From the NCBI GenBank assembly GCA_946965045.2, contig OX337237.1:868001-932000 (forward strand): a stretch of DNA of 64,000 nucleotides, given 5' to 3'. Of the stretch, positions 1-10,745 are shown piece after piece. This DNA comes from Epithemia pelagica (lineage: Eukaryota; Protista; Bacillariophyta). The notes beneath the pieces were generated by a model, which did not search any database, had not been told where the DNA came from, and saw nothing but the letters and a program-made list of their open reading frames with translations. The stretch's first letter is position 1; the number at the start of each line of letters is the position of its first letter. Both the position numbers and the translations under genes were made by a program.

Positions 1-1667
1 ATGCCGGGTGGGCGACCATTGGGGATCTCAAGAGGGATATGGCCCGAAACGGTCACGACGTACGTTGTCCTCTTAACGGTCTGATAACGGTTCTCAGCCA
101 TGTTCTGATCTTGGAGGTATGGTTTGGAACAGTATTCTCCAAGCAGGGGTGTGAAGAAGGAAGGCGTATCAGGTCCATGATCGTAAGGTAAATCCAAGAG
201 AAGGTTGAGGTTACAGACAACACGATTGGTATACTTCCCAAAAGCATCATTCGGATTGCCATCATTTTCAACAGTCCTCGAAGAAGGTGCCGTATCTTGC
301 ATGGGATCAAGATACCAATGATTATAGCCAGTCAATTGATTGTCACCGGAGAAAGTAGACATGCGAGAGAGCAGATGTCGAGATATCTCAACTTTCTGTT
401 TACAGTTGTTGTTCTCGAGGCAATCATTAGGGACGGATGTTGCCTTGGTATTGGACACCAAATTAGCAAGATCAGATGTTGGATGATTGACATCAAAATT
501 GGTCACAACTTGTGGAACCAACCGGGTAATCAGATCAAAGAAATTATCTTGATGGTCTTGGGAATCATCTTGAATCATGTCGTCAATCCATGCACGACCA
601 GGGTCGGGATCAGGTTCCGGATCAATGTCAAGAGTATGCGTCTGTTCCATGCATGCAGTTGTTGATGACACATTCTGGGTAGACTTGTTGTACGCAATGA
701 TTACTTGACGACTATTGTCGTTGAGTTTACTCCATAGATTTCTTGGAAGACTGATCTTTGGACGAAGCGAAGATGATTCCTTGGTCTTCACGTTAGTTCT
801 CTTAATCATGCGGTGTTTTTCTTTGGGTGATAGATCTTTGATATCAAAATCTTGATCATATTGAAAGTCGCATTGCTTGGTATGCTTAAGTCGGTTAGAC
901 TTTGGTGCTCGAGTTGCTTGGTTATGATCATATGCGGCATCAAGGAGAAGACGGAAATATGATTGATAACAAAGTGTCTTTGCACCAGACAAGATGTTGA
1001 CTTGTCGTAAATCAGGTACCTTTTCAACGGCTTTCATCAGGAAGGTCATCCAAGTGGAGTGGCCAGGAATGTGATCAAACATTGATCCCAGATTGTCAAG
1101 AAGATGGAATTGGTGTTGAAAGTGGAGAAGAAACTGATAGGTTGTGCCGTGCCATGAATCATCGAGACGAAGATTGGAGATGTAGTTGTTAAGACGTAGC
1201 ACCTCTCTTTTTGCTAAACGAAATGACAAAATGCAACCTTGGTTCAGACGGAGCTTGGTGAAGTCTGCATTGATTCTCCAATGATCATAATTGGCCTTGG
1301 TGAGGTTCAACCAGGTAGAGCGAGGTAAATCAGACTGCTGCAGGGTTGAGGTTTGTTCTCGTGACCAATGTGCTAGGATCTTCAGTTGATGCCTTGTATA
1401 TGTCTTCAGGTCCATGGTCTTGTTCCCATACTTGTATTGTCCAAGGTCCTTGATATTCTTTTCTGGATTGACTGCAAGATAGTCGATGACATTCATAATG
1501 TGTTCGAAACCACTATGTTTTATCCATTGATGAAGGGCTTGAGCTTGTTCTTCATCACATTCAAATAGATGCTGGGTGATATGATTGAACACTTGTGTAT
1601 CTGATATGTCAGGCGGTACTGAGTCGTCAGAAGGAAGAGAAGGTGTCTTGGGGTATGTTGGATCCAT
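1..1667 (-). CDS. Gag-pol-derived ORF (partial, open to window edge) carrying several in-frame deletions
   Basis: Hand translation from ATG 1667 (MDPTYPKTP...) found no stop down to base 1, so it is absent from the ORF track. Matches to the inner element include WRINADF, LAKREVLRLNNYISNLRLDD, TFLMKAVEKVPDL, RVVCNLNLLLDLPYDHGPD and AENRYQTVKR. Confidence 0.88.
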   Translation of the reverse strand, partial: MDPTYPKTPSLPSDDSVPPDISDTQVFNHITQHLFECDEEQAQALHQWIKHSGFEHIMNVIDYLAVNPEKNIKDLGQYKYGNKTMDLKTYTRHQLKILAHWSREQTSTLQQSDLPRSTWLNLTKANYDHWRINADFTKLRLNQGCILSFRLAKREVLRLNNYISNLRLDDSWHGTTYQFLLHFQHQFHLLDNLGSMFDHIPGHSTWMTFLMKAVEKVPDLRQVNILSGAKTLCYQSYFRLLLDAAYDHNQATRAPKSNRLKHTKQCDFQYDQDFDIKDLSPKEKHRMIKRTNVKTKESSSLRPKISLPRNLWSKLNDNSRQVIIAYNKSTQNVSSTTACMEQTHTLDIDPEPDPDPGRAWIDDMIQDDSQDHQDNFFDLITRLVPQVVTNFDVNHPTSDLANLVSNTKATSVPNDCLENNNCKQKVEISRHLLSRMSTFSGDNQLTGYNHWYLDPMQDTAPSSRTVENDGNPNDAFGKYTNRVVCNLNLLLDLPYDHGPDTPSFFTPLLGEYCSKPYLQDQNMAENRYQTVKRTTYVVTVSGHIPLEIPNGRPPG

Positions 1668-1836
1668 GGTAGTATATGGTTGGTTCGTTGTTTATTTAAT
1701 GTGTGGTGTGATCTGAACCCGGATGTACCACGTGTGTGCCACGTATGTAAGTACCCGGATGTGTGTTGTGCTTGGAACCCGGATGTGAGGGTCTCGGTTT
1801 TGTCTCTGGTTTGTCGTGGAAACTACTTAAAGTTAC

Positions 1837-2157
1837 TTATCCTTGGTCACTTCCAGACTCGTTGCGGTGATCGAGTTGAACCGGGGAGTCAGGAATAGTG
1901 GTAGCTTCCTCGTCTTGCTCGTAGTCCTCAACAAAGTACTGGTCAGGTGAGTATTGGGAAGGTAGTTGCACGGAGTCCTGGTCCAGCTTGAGGTCCTGGA
2001 ATAGGAGAGGGTTGGTGACCCTAGCCTCAGCCAGGCTGGCCCTGTTGTTGGGTTGGGTAGTTTTGTCCTCTAACTCTTGTTTGTTGGGGTAGCTCAATCT
2101 GTAATGGGTGTAGATGGGTAAGTAAAGTATCCAATGCAACTGCAGGGCAATGAGCAT
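1837..2157 (-). CDS. Short extra ORF (ORF0) between PBS and gag
   Basis: 106-aa ATG ORF in the same position as the 259-aa ORF0 of the inner element; both have acidic C-termini; sequence similarity is weak. Confidence 0.4.
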   Translation of the reverse strand: MLIALQLHWILYLPIYTHYRLSYPNKQELEDKTTQPNNRASLAEARVTNPLLFQDLKLDQDSVQLPSQYSPDQYFVEDYEQDEEATTIPDSPVQLDHRNESGSDQG

Positions 2158-2171
2158 TGAGACTGTTAATC
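2157..2171 (-). promoter_or_regulatory. Primer-binding site GATTAACAGTCTCAA (tRNA-Asn anticodon arm complement)
   Basis: Directly abuts the LTR and is identical over 15 nt to 35135-35149 in a diverged relative. Confidence 0.75.
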
Positions 2172-2928
2172 TAGCAGAACTCTCATTGAGAATTCAGAAG
2201 GGTAATAGGTAGTTGGGTAAAAGGCTCGCTGAGCCGACAATCGAATCACCAACCGATACAACAATCCTCCACGGGTCAGAGAAGAGTTGCAAGTCAAAGT
2301 CCGCCGTGGGTGGGGGCATTCGGTCCACTGATAAGAGGTTAGTCTTAAGATGAGTGTTAAAATGGTGATATTAATGATTGTGAGATGATTACTAACTAAG
2401 GTGTTTGATGAAGGTCGAGGTCCTGGCTCTTGTATACAGCCATGGATCTGGTGTGATAGGTCCTCAAATGGTTGGAGTAGACCTGCATTGTTGTATTGAA
2501 AGTATATGCAGTTGTATATCATATACCAATACCAACAGCTCTTGCTTTGTTGTGATATAGGTAGTTTTCTTGGCGCGTTGTTGATTGCATTCTTGGAATT
2601 GTGGGAAAGGAAATATGGTCTCGCGTGATCGTGATTCGTGCTTTGATTACTTAGGTCGTTGAGGTAAGTCGTGGAGGTGCTCACTCGGATCGTGATTGCG
2701 CGCGCTTGAGAATATTGGGCGCGCACGTGATGGGCCATAGTCAATATCCGAGCGGTCGCCGATAGCGCGTGCATTGCGAGCATGCCTTGGCCAAAATTAT
2801 AGGTCCGCGAGCATGCCGTCATTCTTTTCTCACTTTTACACAAATGTCATCGGATGCCATAAAATACTAGCATCAGTCGATGTGTTGTAGATTCCACCAC
2901 CACCTAGTTAAAGGTGAGAATCCTAACA
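2172..2928 (-). repeat. 5' LTR (757 bp) of the left element
   Basis: TG start; shares blocks with the 34352-35134 LTR (e.g. CACGATCACGCGAGACCATATTTCC); ends ...CTGCTA rather than CA. Confidence 0.85.
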
Positions 2929-4041
2929 CACTGTCGTCAGAATCGGAATCGTCATCCGATATCTTACCTGTTGGCAGTAGCTTCTGTCCAATATAGGACG
3001 AGTAGTTGATCGCTCCCTTGGTGGCCAGCAGAAATGGATCCGGTAGGCAGGAACGGTCCAAGTGAAACGTTCCTTTGGCAACCTTGATTTGTTCCCAATC
3101 GAGGTTTTGTTTTAGTACTGGCAGTGGATACTTTGGGGAGTCCAAGCCTCTCAAATGCTCCACCAGCTTGATCCACGTCACGGCCGCCACATCTCTTGTT
3201 TGTCCCACGGCAAGGGTAAAGTCCTCCAATACGTCATGCTGCTCACGAGTATCCAGCAACGAACCCGCCATGTCCTGGACAAAGCCACTCAAAATACCAA
3301 TGCCCTCTTGGACTTGGTCTCGTGTACAGGTCGAGCGTACAAACTGTAACGTTTGTGCGGCCGCATAAGTTGCGTCCTCTCCGCAGGGAAGGACCATGGC
3401 ATCATACGGAGTCGTCCCATTCCAGGCCTTGATTTGCGACAATGGCAAGAGCGGTACAAGAATGAGGGATGGAGGGGTTGCGTCCTCCATTAATGATTTG
3501 TGGAGAAACAAGTGGATCTTGTTGTATTTGCTGTGTTTCAGTCCGGAATGCCGAATTCTCCGATCCCGACCGTGCATCCCATTGAGCAATTTGCGACGCT
3601 TGGTGGAGTCTTGCAAAAGAACCCAGTGGCAGCCTGTGACAATTGGAAATACGCCGCATGGCAAACCGGTGCGGTGGATACCAAATGAGCTGTCTCTCCC
3701 ACTTCGTTCCACAGGAAATCGACGGCCGTTACTATTTGATGTGTGTGCGTGGTATCGGACCGTTCATCAGCAGTCTGGGAGGAGAATTCTGGCGCCGATT
3801 CCAACAGTGTTTCGTCGACCGTCCTGGGATACAGGGCCCTCCCTTGATCAAGGCTTCTCCGAATGACGGGAAACGGCAGAGAGGCCGCCTCAATGGGAAA
3901 CAGTTTCTCCGTGTCACAAAGGGCCTCGAAAACGGTAAAAAACTCGCCATGACTCCTTGCTAGGACTTTCTCGGAGGGAAGCGAGTGGCGGAATTCTTGA
4001 TTCTCTTGGCGAATATGATGCCGAAAGGAACGTGTGCTCAT
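2929..4041 (-). pseudogene. HNH-like nuclease family gene, frameshifted near 3600-3620 and cut at its 3' end by the LTR insertion
   Basis: ORFs 3538-4239 (TAHLVST) and 2873-3712 (GLKHSKYNK...ILVPLLPL...WNG...PDPFLLATKGAIN) join into one homolog of 11088-12725. The reading frame runs straight into the LTR at 2928. Confidence 0.6.
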
Positions 4042-4287
4042 AGTAGTAGTAGTATTGACGTGTAGGAAGACTTGGATGGAGGAGGATAGTCTGTATGGGG
4101 TATTACCGCGTTGAGGAAACGTTGTGGTTGCTATACCGTAATGCGGCGTTCCAGTTGTCATCAGTTGTTCTCTGCGGTTCGGGGACCGCTGTGATTTTCG
4201 AGAGAATGTGCGGCCGTCCCCATTTTGACGGGTACCCAAAAACCCAAACCGACTGTGGATTGTGGCAAGGGCTTTGAACCCGGAAAT

Positions 4288-4307
4288 TTGACGTCAATGT
4301 GACGTCA
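4288..4307. promoter_or_regulatory. Two TGACGTCA (CRE/bZIP-type) palindromes in a divergent intergenic region
   Basis: TTGACGTCAA at 4288-4297 and TGACGTCA at 4300-4307. Confidence 0.35.
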
Positions 4308-4680
4308 AGTCGGTTAAGATTTTTAACTCCCCCTCCCAGCGGGGGTGAGTCACGAAAACGAAAATTAGTGATTCGATACTTCACTCGAAAGACTATTTAC
4401 ATCGAATTCATGACACATATGCGACCAAAATGTTTGCCGCGGGGGATTAGACACAGGCCACGCATCGGAAAACACACACCTCTTCCTTTTCGGTTGTCCA
4501 ACAGACCTGCATGAAAGAGATGGAACAAGAGAAGAACCGAGAGCAACGAGATTGAACAACCGAGAGCAAGACAAGACAAGAGAAACGTGTTACATCGCCC
4601 ATCTCAGCGACTGGAAAGTCCACAGAGAACGTGTGTGGTGTTCCACAACCACAACAACCACAACACTTCTGGTTGGGAGA

Positions 4681-6855
4681 ATGGAAGCTCTCGCAGCAGC
4701 AGCGCCCAGGAACCAAGAACCCAACCACCACCTCCACAACCACCACAACCCAACCACCACCACCAAGACAATGACCACCATGGACCATGATGATCGGTGG
4801 ACCAAACAAGACAAGGGTCGATACAAAAAGTTGCGCAAACGAGGGAGCACCGTCGCAACCCATCAAAGTGTCAGTGGTTTCGTGTCGGTCCACGAGTGGT
4901 ATGAATGGCACACCTTGGTGACGCGTCGTCGACGGCAGTGTGGTCCACCATTACAAGAGCAACCAAAACAAGACGACCCTGGCACTGCCACAACTACCAC
5001 TACAGCAGATGACGACGTTGTGGCTCCCCACTTTTATTGGAGACGGGGTTCTTGTCCCGAAGGACGCCTGGTCGAAGGATCGCATCATCGAGATATTTTG
5101 TTTAGTCTCGCCATGCCAACATCCACCATCACACCACCCGAGAACAAGGGTACCACCCAATTGGCAGCCGGAACCAAACGATCGCACCACCAAGCTTCCT
5201 CCTCGTCCTCGTCGTCGTCTATGATGCGATACAAGAGTCTTCCGTCCTGGTTGTGTTTGCACAATCCTGTCAGTGTCGCAAGTGTCGTGGTAGTAGAAGT
5301 CCATACCACGACACGAGCCCTTCACCAATCGCTCGTGCAAGAGCTATCCACCCTCGTGGCTTGCAACAACAACAACCACCACACGAACAAGAACCACAAG
5401 AATGAGCATAACCGTTGCAAGCGATCCTCTCTCGTGGTACCCACGGCCTGGTTTGCCAAGGGTCACTCGGCACGATGCATTACCGATGCTCTCTTGTTTG
5501 CCTCACCCGAACGCGACAAACCAAAGAATTCCAAAAAACCCAAGAAACAACCAGCAAAGATGACTCCCAACACAACCTTGACAGACATTGTGACAAAAGT
5601 TCAAACGCTTGTCTTGTCTCCCGAGGATTTGGTGCGGGCCAAGCATCCACAGCAACCAGATCCAAATGACGAGGATTGGATTGTCTCGGTGGCTCCTCCT
5701 CCGCCACAACAACAACAACAACAGTCACACAACGACGACAACAACAATAGCAGCAATAGCAACACTGCACGCCCAACACAACCCAAACTCTTTGCCTTGG
5801 ATTGTGAAATGGTGGAAACGACCGAGGGTCGGGCCTTGGCACGCTTTACCCTGATCGAGGCCATTGGATATAGTCCCAAGAAACAACAACAACAAGTCAC
5901 GACACGGGTCGCCTTGGATACCCTGGTGCAACCGCAGCATACCATTACCAATTATGTTACGCACATTAGTGGTATTTCCCCGCATGTCTTGGAACAAGGA
6001 CCGACCATGACCTTGTCGCAAGTCCAAGCCTACATTGCCTCGCACATTTTTAGCCACGATATTCTCGTGGGACATTCCCTCGAAAATGATTTGCGCGTCT
6101 GTCAGTGGATTCATCCCACCTGTGTTGATACGGCCCTGGTCTTTGCCCATTCATCCTTCAAGTATTCCCTCCGTCATTTGACGCGTGTCTTGTTGCACCG
6201 TGTCATTCAAAGTCCCCATGAACCGCATTGCAGTCGACAAGATGCCCAAGCGAGTTTGGACTTGGCCGTGGGTCGAGCGATGCACGGCACCGACTTTGGT
6301 CTCCCCAATACCAAGAGTACCAATCAATGGAAGGCCTTGACCCGACGCAGCAATAATGGCAATGACAATGCCGCCGTGGCTATTGGACCCTCGGCCTGGT
6401 TGGAAAAGTACATGACGTGTCAGGCCACTCCGGCTCATGCCTTGTCCATGGAAACTGTGATGGATTCCACCACGGCGCGGGCCGTCCTGTCCTTTGTCGC
6501 CAACAAACAAAGGAAACAAAAGAAGCGATCTCCCTTGGCTTGGACGCACTATCGTGTTTCCAATGACTCGGAACAAGCCGCCTGTTGTCAAGTCTTGCAA
6601 AAAGTCGTGGACCAAACCGCGGAGGTTAGTGATACCGTCCTGTTGGTCGCTCTCCAATGTGGATATGCCCATGTCGCTCAAGAACAAGAACGACGACGCA
6701 TTCTACGCAATCCCACTACCACCTTGACCTGGACGGATGCCGACGAACAAGCCTTGATCGAATCCGTGGAAACCTGCCGACTTGGACATGTTGTGTGGGT
6801 CGGGGGCGGAGGCCAAACCAAAGCCGCCAGCAAGACGACGACGAGTTCCGGATGA
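4681..6855 (+). CDS. DEDDh 3'-5' RNA exonuclease (REXO1/Rex1-like)
   Basis: Motifs FALDCEMVET, ITNYVTHISGI, ILVGHSLENDL, VDTALVF, HCSRQDAQASLDL. The start is taken at ATG 4681; the 3' end could continue through an intron. Confidence 0.88.
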   Translation: MEALAAAAPRNQEPNHHLHNHHNPTTTTKTMTTMDHDDRWTKQDKGRYKKLRKRGSTVATHQSVSGFVSVHEWYEWHTLVTRRRRQCGPPLQEQPKQDDPGTATTTTTADDDVVAPHFYWRRGSCPEGRLVEGSHHRDILFSLAMPTSTITPPENKGTTQLAAGTKRSHHQASSSSSSSSMMRYKSLPSWLCLHNPVSVASVVVVEVHTTTRALHQSLVQELSTLVACNNNNHHTNKNHKNEHNRCKRSSLVVPTAWFAKGHSARCITDALLFASPERDKPKNSKKPKKQPAKMTPNTTLTDIVTKVQTLVLSPEDLVRAKHPQQPDPNDEDWIVSVAPPPPQQQQQQSHNDDNNNSSNSNTARPTQPKLFALDCEMVETTEGRALARFTLIEAIGYSPKKQQQQVTTRVALDTLVQPQHTITNYVTHISGISPHVLEQGPTMTLSQVQAYIASHIFSHDILVGHSLENDLRVCQWIHPTCVDTALVFAHSSFKYSLRHLTRVLLHRVIQSPHEPHCSRQDAQASLDLAVGRAMHGTDFGLPNTKSTNQWKALTRRSNNGNDNAAVAIGPSAWLEKYMTCQATPAHALSMETVMDSTTARAVLSFVANKQRKQKKRSPLAWTHYRVSNDSEQAACCQVLQKVVDQTAEVSDTVLLVALQCGYAHVAQEQERRRILRNPTTTLTWTDADEQALIESVETCRLGHVVWVGGGGQTKAASKTTTSSG

Positions 6856-7514
6856 GACAAGGAATGGTTTCCGATAATGCATGGGCGACAAATGATTGGG
6901 GCCTCATTGGGGCACAGCTGGCATGGATGTTTCATGTCCACAAAAGTCCGCTTTGTCCCGACAGGAGGACCCAAAGAGTGAGGACGATCCCAAAACGGGG
7001 CCCTCTCGTAGAGGGGTTCTCCACATCACGAAAAGAAAAGTCCTAGGAGTATAGGGTCTATTGGAACGCTGCCGTGCGGAGTGAGTCGACCGACGCGCCG
7101 GGCCTAACAAAGGCGAGGACTAACACAAATTGAATATTGTGGGTGAATTTTCCGGAATGTAGGAAGCCACAACACGTACTCAAATTGTATATTATGATGG
7201 CTTCTTGTCCTGGCATATTTTTAGGCTATGAAGGGGAATGAAAGGGAGAAAAAAGAAGGAATCCACTTCCTTTCATCAGTCCTTTCATTTTCATTTCCTT
7301 CTCGAACTGCTCTATGGCATCACCAGAATTCTCAAACAGTTTTTTTTTTCAGATTTCTTGCATTGCGCGCTCTTGATTTACTTGTTGTTGCCCGGTCGTG
7401 GTGATAGGTTGCGTTTCTGCACGACTTGTATTCATAGCCAGCAGAATGTGACTACGATATCATTTATGTCGTCTATGCCCGTTGGGCAAAACAAGCGACT
7501 GAAGTTGCGAGTTC

Positions 7515-8930
7515 TCAATTCCATATCGAACAGGATATACCGTCGGATTCATTGTTGCCTCCGTTGTCGTGTAGCAGAGGAGTCGTCACGACAACAACCG
7601 CCCCAACAAAATTCTTGTACCGCGCCACAGACGTTACTGGTACTGCATCTCGATTATCTAAATCATGGCTTGTCAAAGATGATGAATCAGATTCGCAGTC
7701 GTAATCGGAATCATCGCTGGAGTCGTAATCGGAATCATCGCTATCAACAGCCTTGCACCCGCCCGTCAACAGTCTTATGCCCCTTTGACGGAAATTATTG
7801 GCGCCTTTAGCAGCAACCACAATAGGATCGGGAGCAGGCTGTTGGTGAATACGAACTTTCAAAACATGCTTGCCCTCCTCACCAAAATGGTTTGTCGCTG
7901 GTGGGCGAGGGACGGCCATCCCATGACTCTCAAGGTGACCACAAAGGTCTTTCATGCCCTCGACGATATCTTTGTGATTTTGACATGATGTCGTCCCTGC
8001 TCTCGACGAAACAACTTGTGTTTTGATGGTCTCGTCTAGATCGAGGATTTGCGGACCCCCCGTAACTCGTGTATGCAGGTCGGCTAGCGCGAGGCCCATC
8101 TCTTTCAAGCCTTGGGCTACTGTTTTGAGGTCTTGTACACTACAAACTTTGATTCCCTGTTCCTGTTCATCAGGTCCTTCAGGTTGATAACCAAGTCCGA
8201 GACGGCGACTCAAGACCTGCTCGGCCTGTTCTTGAGACTCCTTAGATTTTCTATCCTTCCACACAAAACGGTTGCCACTGCATATGTCACTTTCTTTTCT
8301 CTGGCCAACGAAAATGGCAAGTTCATAGGCCTCGCCCTTCTACTCCAGCATCTGTTGCTTTGTTTGGATCGGAAAAATAACCCAATTGCAACCAATATCG
8401 TAGTACTCGGCGTGGGGGCTTGGAACATATAAGATGTTTCGTACGTTACTTCTCATGCCACCCATCCCATTCCTTACACCGTTTGTCATGACAATCAGTG
8501 CTTTGTAGAGCTTCTTCTTCAATTCTGCTTTCTCCGCAGGGTCATTCTCGGCTTCGATTTTCCGTAACTGATCGTCAAACTTCTCCACTCTCCCAATCAT
8601 CCATAGGTAAACAAGAGCCCACCATGCACCAAATGGGGCGGAATCACATCCTTGGTTTGCCCTGTGGCCTTTCGTTCCGGGGATGATGCATTTCCTTCGT
8701 TGATTCTTTTCAACGGTATGACTGCTGGCCCCCAATGCAGATAGAGACGTATTTTCTGGTTCTATGGTTCCGTCTAAGGCTGTCTCAAGCGATTCAACTT
8801 GTTCACGGTAAAAAAGGCGTCCAGACTGACGCATGAATTGGTTCGCCTTACCCCGAATATCCGTCATGCTCTTCCGTTCAAAGTCATCCGCAGGAAATAT
8901 TTCGGACGCTTTAGCATACCGAGGGACCAC
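7515..8930 (-). pseudogene. Paralog of 11088-12725, 5'-truncated, with one in-frame TAG (TGG in the paralog) at 8340-8342
   Basis: ORFs 8340-8930 and 7515-8264 are in the same frame; MLE*KGEAYELAIFVG versus MLEWDGKPYELAIFVG. Confidence 0.82.
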
Positions 8931-8944
8931 CGTCGTGTGGATTT

Positions 8945-10720
8945 AAATACCAAACTGGAACAACTCTCTCCTACCGATGCAAAAGTAGTATCTGTCCCAG
9001 ATATCGAAGCAGAACAAGGAACGCACGTCCAAGACAAGAAACGCAGTACGAGCAGCGAGAAAGACGCTGGCCGCAAGAGGAGCAATCATGATTCTTCTCT
9101 CGTACAACCGGAACCGAAGCAGGGATCCTCCGTTATTCTGGCAGATGAGCTCCAACCAGAGTCACTTCCAGTCGTGTTGGAATTGGACAAGACTGATAAA
9201 AGCATCCTTGATAGGGCCAACATGAGTGTCACTGGTAATCGGTGGTCCAATGACCGCGAACGTGACACCACCACATCCACGGAGCTACACGCTTCTGGAA
9301 CGACAAATTCCGTGGCAACCACTGATTTTTCCCAAGGATCGCAACCAGCAACTCTGGAGCCAGGAGCCTTTTCGTATTCGCTCAATCACGGTCAACACGG
9401 ACAGCGACGGCTTCCCATTCGTGATTATCAACGAAAAAGTGCATCGGGCAATAGTATTCGTCGTCCAGCGTCACATGCTAGTAGTCTCCGGGACGATTTT
9501 CTCACTTCGTCTTCGGATGACGAGGAAGAAATGGATTCTCAACAAGACCCATTGACTGCCAATCAGTACTTTGACAACTCCGCTCCGATTGCTGCCACGT
9601 TGGTGGACGACGAACTTACCAACAATCGTCGCCGTCAGGAACCTAACATGTCCTTGGTCAATGATACGCATTTGCCGCCATTGGTCGATGCACGAACGCT
9701 CTCTGATCGGAAGGGTCGTCCAAATGAAACTGGAGGCTTGGGAGACAATGGTCCGGGCGACGAGGTGACCATACAGCATCCTCAGGCATCGGACGAGCCA
9801 CGACGACTGTGCAAAAATGTTCCAATAAGTATATGAGTTGTTCTGGCCATCCAATCGATTGTACTGGCCATTGTCGTAGTGACAGCGGTGGTGGTGGTAG
9901 TTCTTGTGACTACTGGTGGTAGTAGTGGAAGTGGGGAGGATGGTCAAGTCACGGTCGATGGAACAGAACAACCGGTCATTTCGCCCGTGCCTACAGTGGA
10001 TCCAACGCCGATTTTTCTCACCAGTAAAATACCATCCTCAAGTCCCGAGCCTTCCTATTCGGCTGTGCCCAGTGCATTGCCGTCGACCAGTGGGGTACCC
10101 TCAACGTTGCCTTCCACTTCCTCTGAACCCTCTCTATCGCCCACTCGATAACTTTAGGGCATGCAAGTAATGTTGCGCACCAATTTCCCAGAAGTGTTTG
10201 AACAAGAAGACAAGGTAGCATTAGCCTTTAATGACGAGTCCGCGTACTGGATGAGAGCGCTATGCTTTGTGGAGGAGGCATCTTCAGATATGGAGGAATG
10301 GAGAATAGTGCAACGGTATATGATTGACATGCATCTAATGCCACCAACGGTGTTCGACCCACAAACAACGGGTGGGACAATGTACGGTGGCTTGGGGAAA
10401 TGACACAGTTGCGTGAACTCAGTCTTTCTAGAACCGGGTTTTGGCAATGATCGGGGATTGCCACTTGAGTTCGGAAGTTTGACCAACCTTGTTGCACTCG
10501 ACCTGTCGTATTCCCTGTTTATGGGTCCTTTCACTGCCACTGTGATTTTCAAAGATCTAACCAAGCTCGAGAATGTCTTGCTGTCAGGACTGAACCTGTC
10601 CAATGCAACAACCATTTTTGGCATTCTACCGTCGCTACCAAACCTCACTGATCTGTGTTTGAGTGATATTTTTTTTGAGAGTGCGTTATCATTGATTGCA
10701 AGAATCATTCTAGACGACAT
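8945..10720 (+). pseudogene. Degenerate type II membrane LRR protein gene (paralog of 17317-20484)
   Basis: Shared PGAFSYSLNHGQHG.RRLPIRDYQRKS, TM segment and GLPLEFGSLTNL; in-frame stops at 9834-9836 and 10149-10157, internal deletions and truncation at both ends. Confidence 0.82.
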
Positions 10721-10745
10721 TCTTTGTGCTACCAGGAAATCCGCG

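Larger units (their letters stand above)
1..2928 (-). mobile_element. Ty1/copia (CoDi-like) LTR retrotransposon, 5' part, internally deleted derivative; continues beyond left edge
   Basis: 5' LTR 2928->2172 starts TGTTAGGATTCTCACC, homologous to the inner-element LTR TGTTAGAATTCTCACC (34352). It has the same PBS (GATTAACAGTCTCAA) and leader repeats, and its ORF aligns by eye with 36271-41958. Confidence 0.93.

Noticed and set aside
297-1568. Plus-strand ORFs and short minus ORFs (53-310, 806-1027) over the left element
   Set aside because: Antisense or off-frame shadows of the gag-derived frame starting at 1667.
2166-2843. 225-aa ORF inside the LTR, and similar ORFs at 34584-35181 and 42185-42804
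   Set aside because: Not colinear between the two LTR families; only a nucleotide-level conserved block explains the shared peptide.
4552-6855. Many overlapping ORFs of Val/Cys/Leu runs across CAA-rich host genes (also 14-16 kb, 21-23 kb, 44-47 kb)
   Set aside because: Antisense translations of trinucleotide low-complexity coding sequence.
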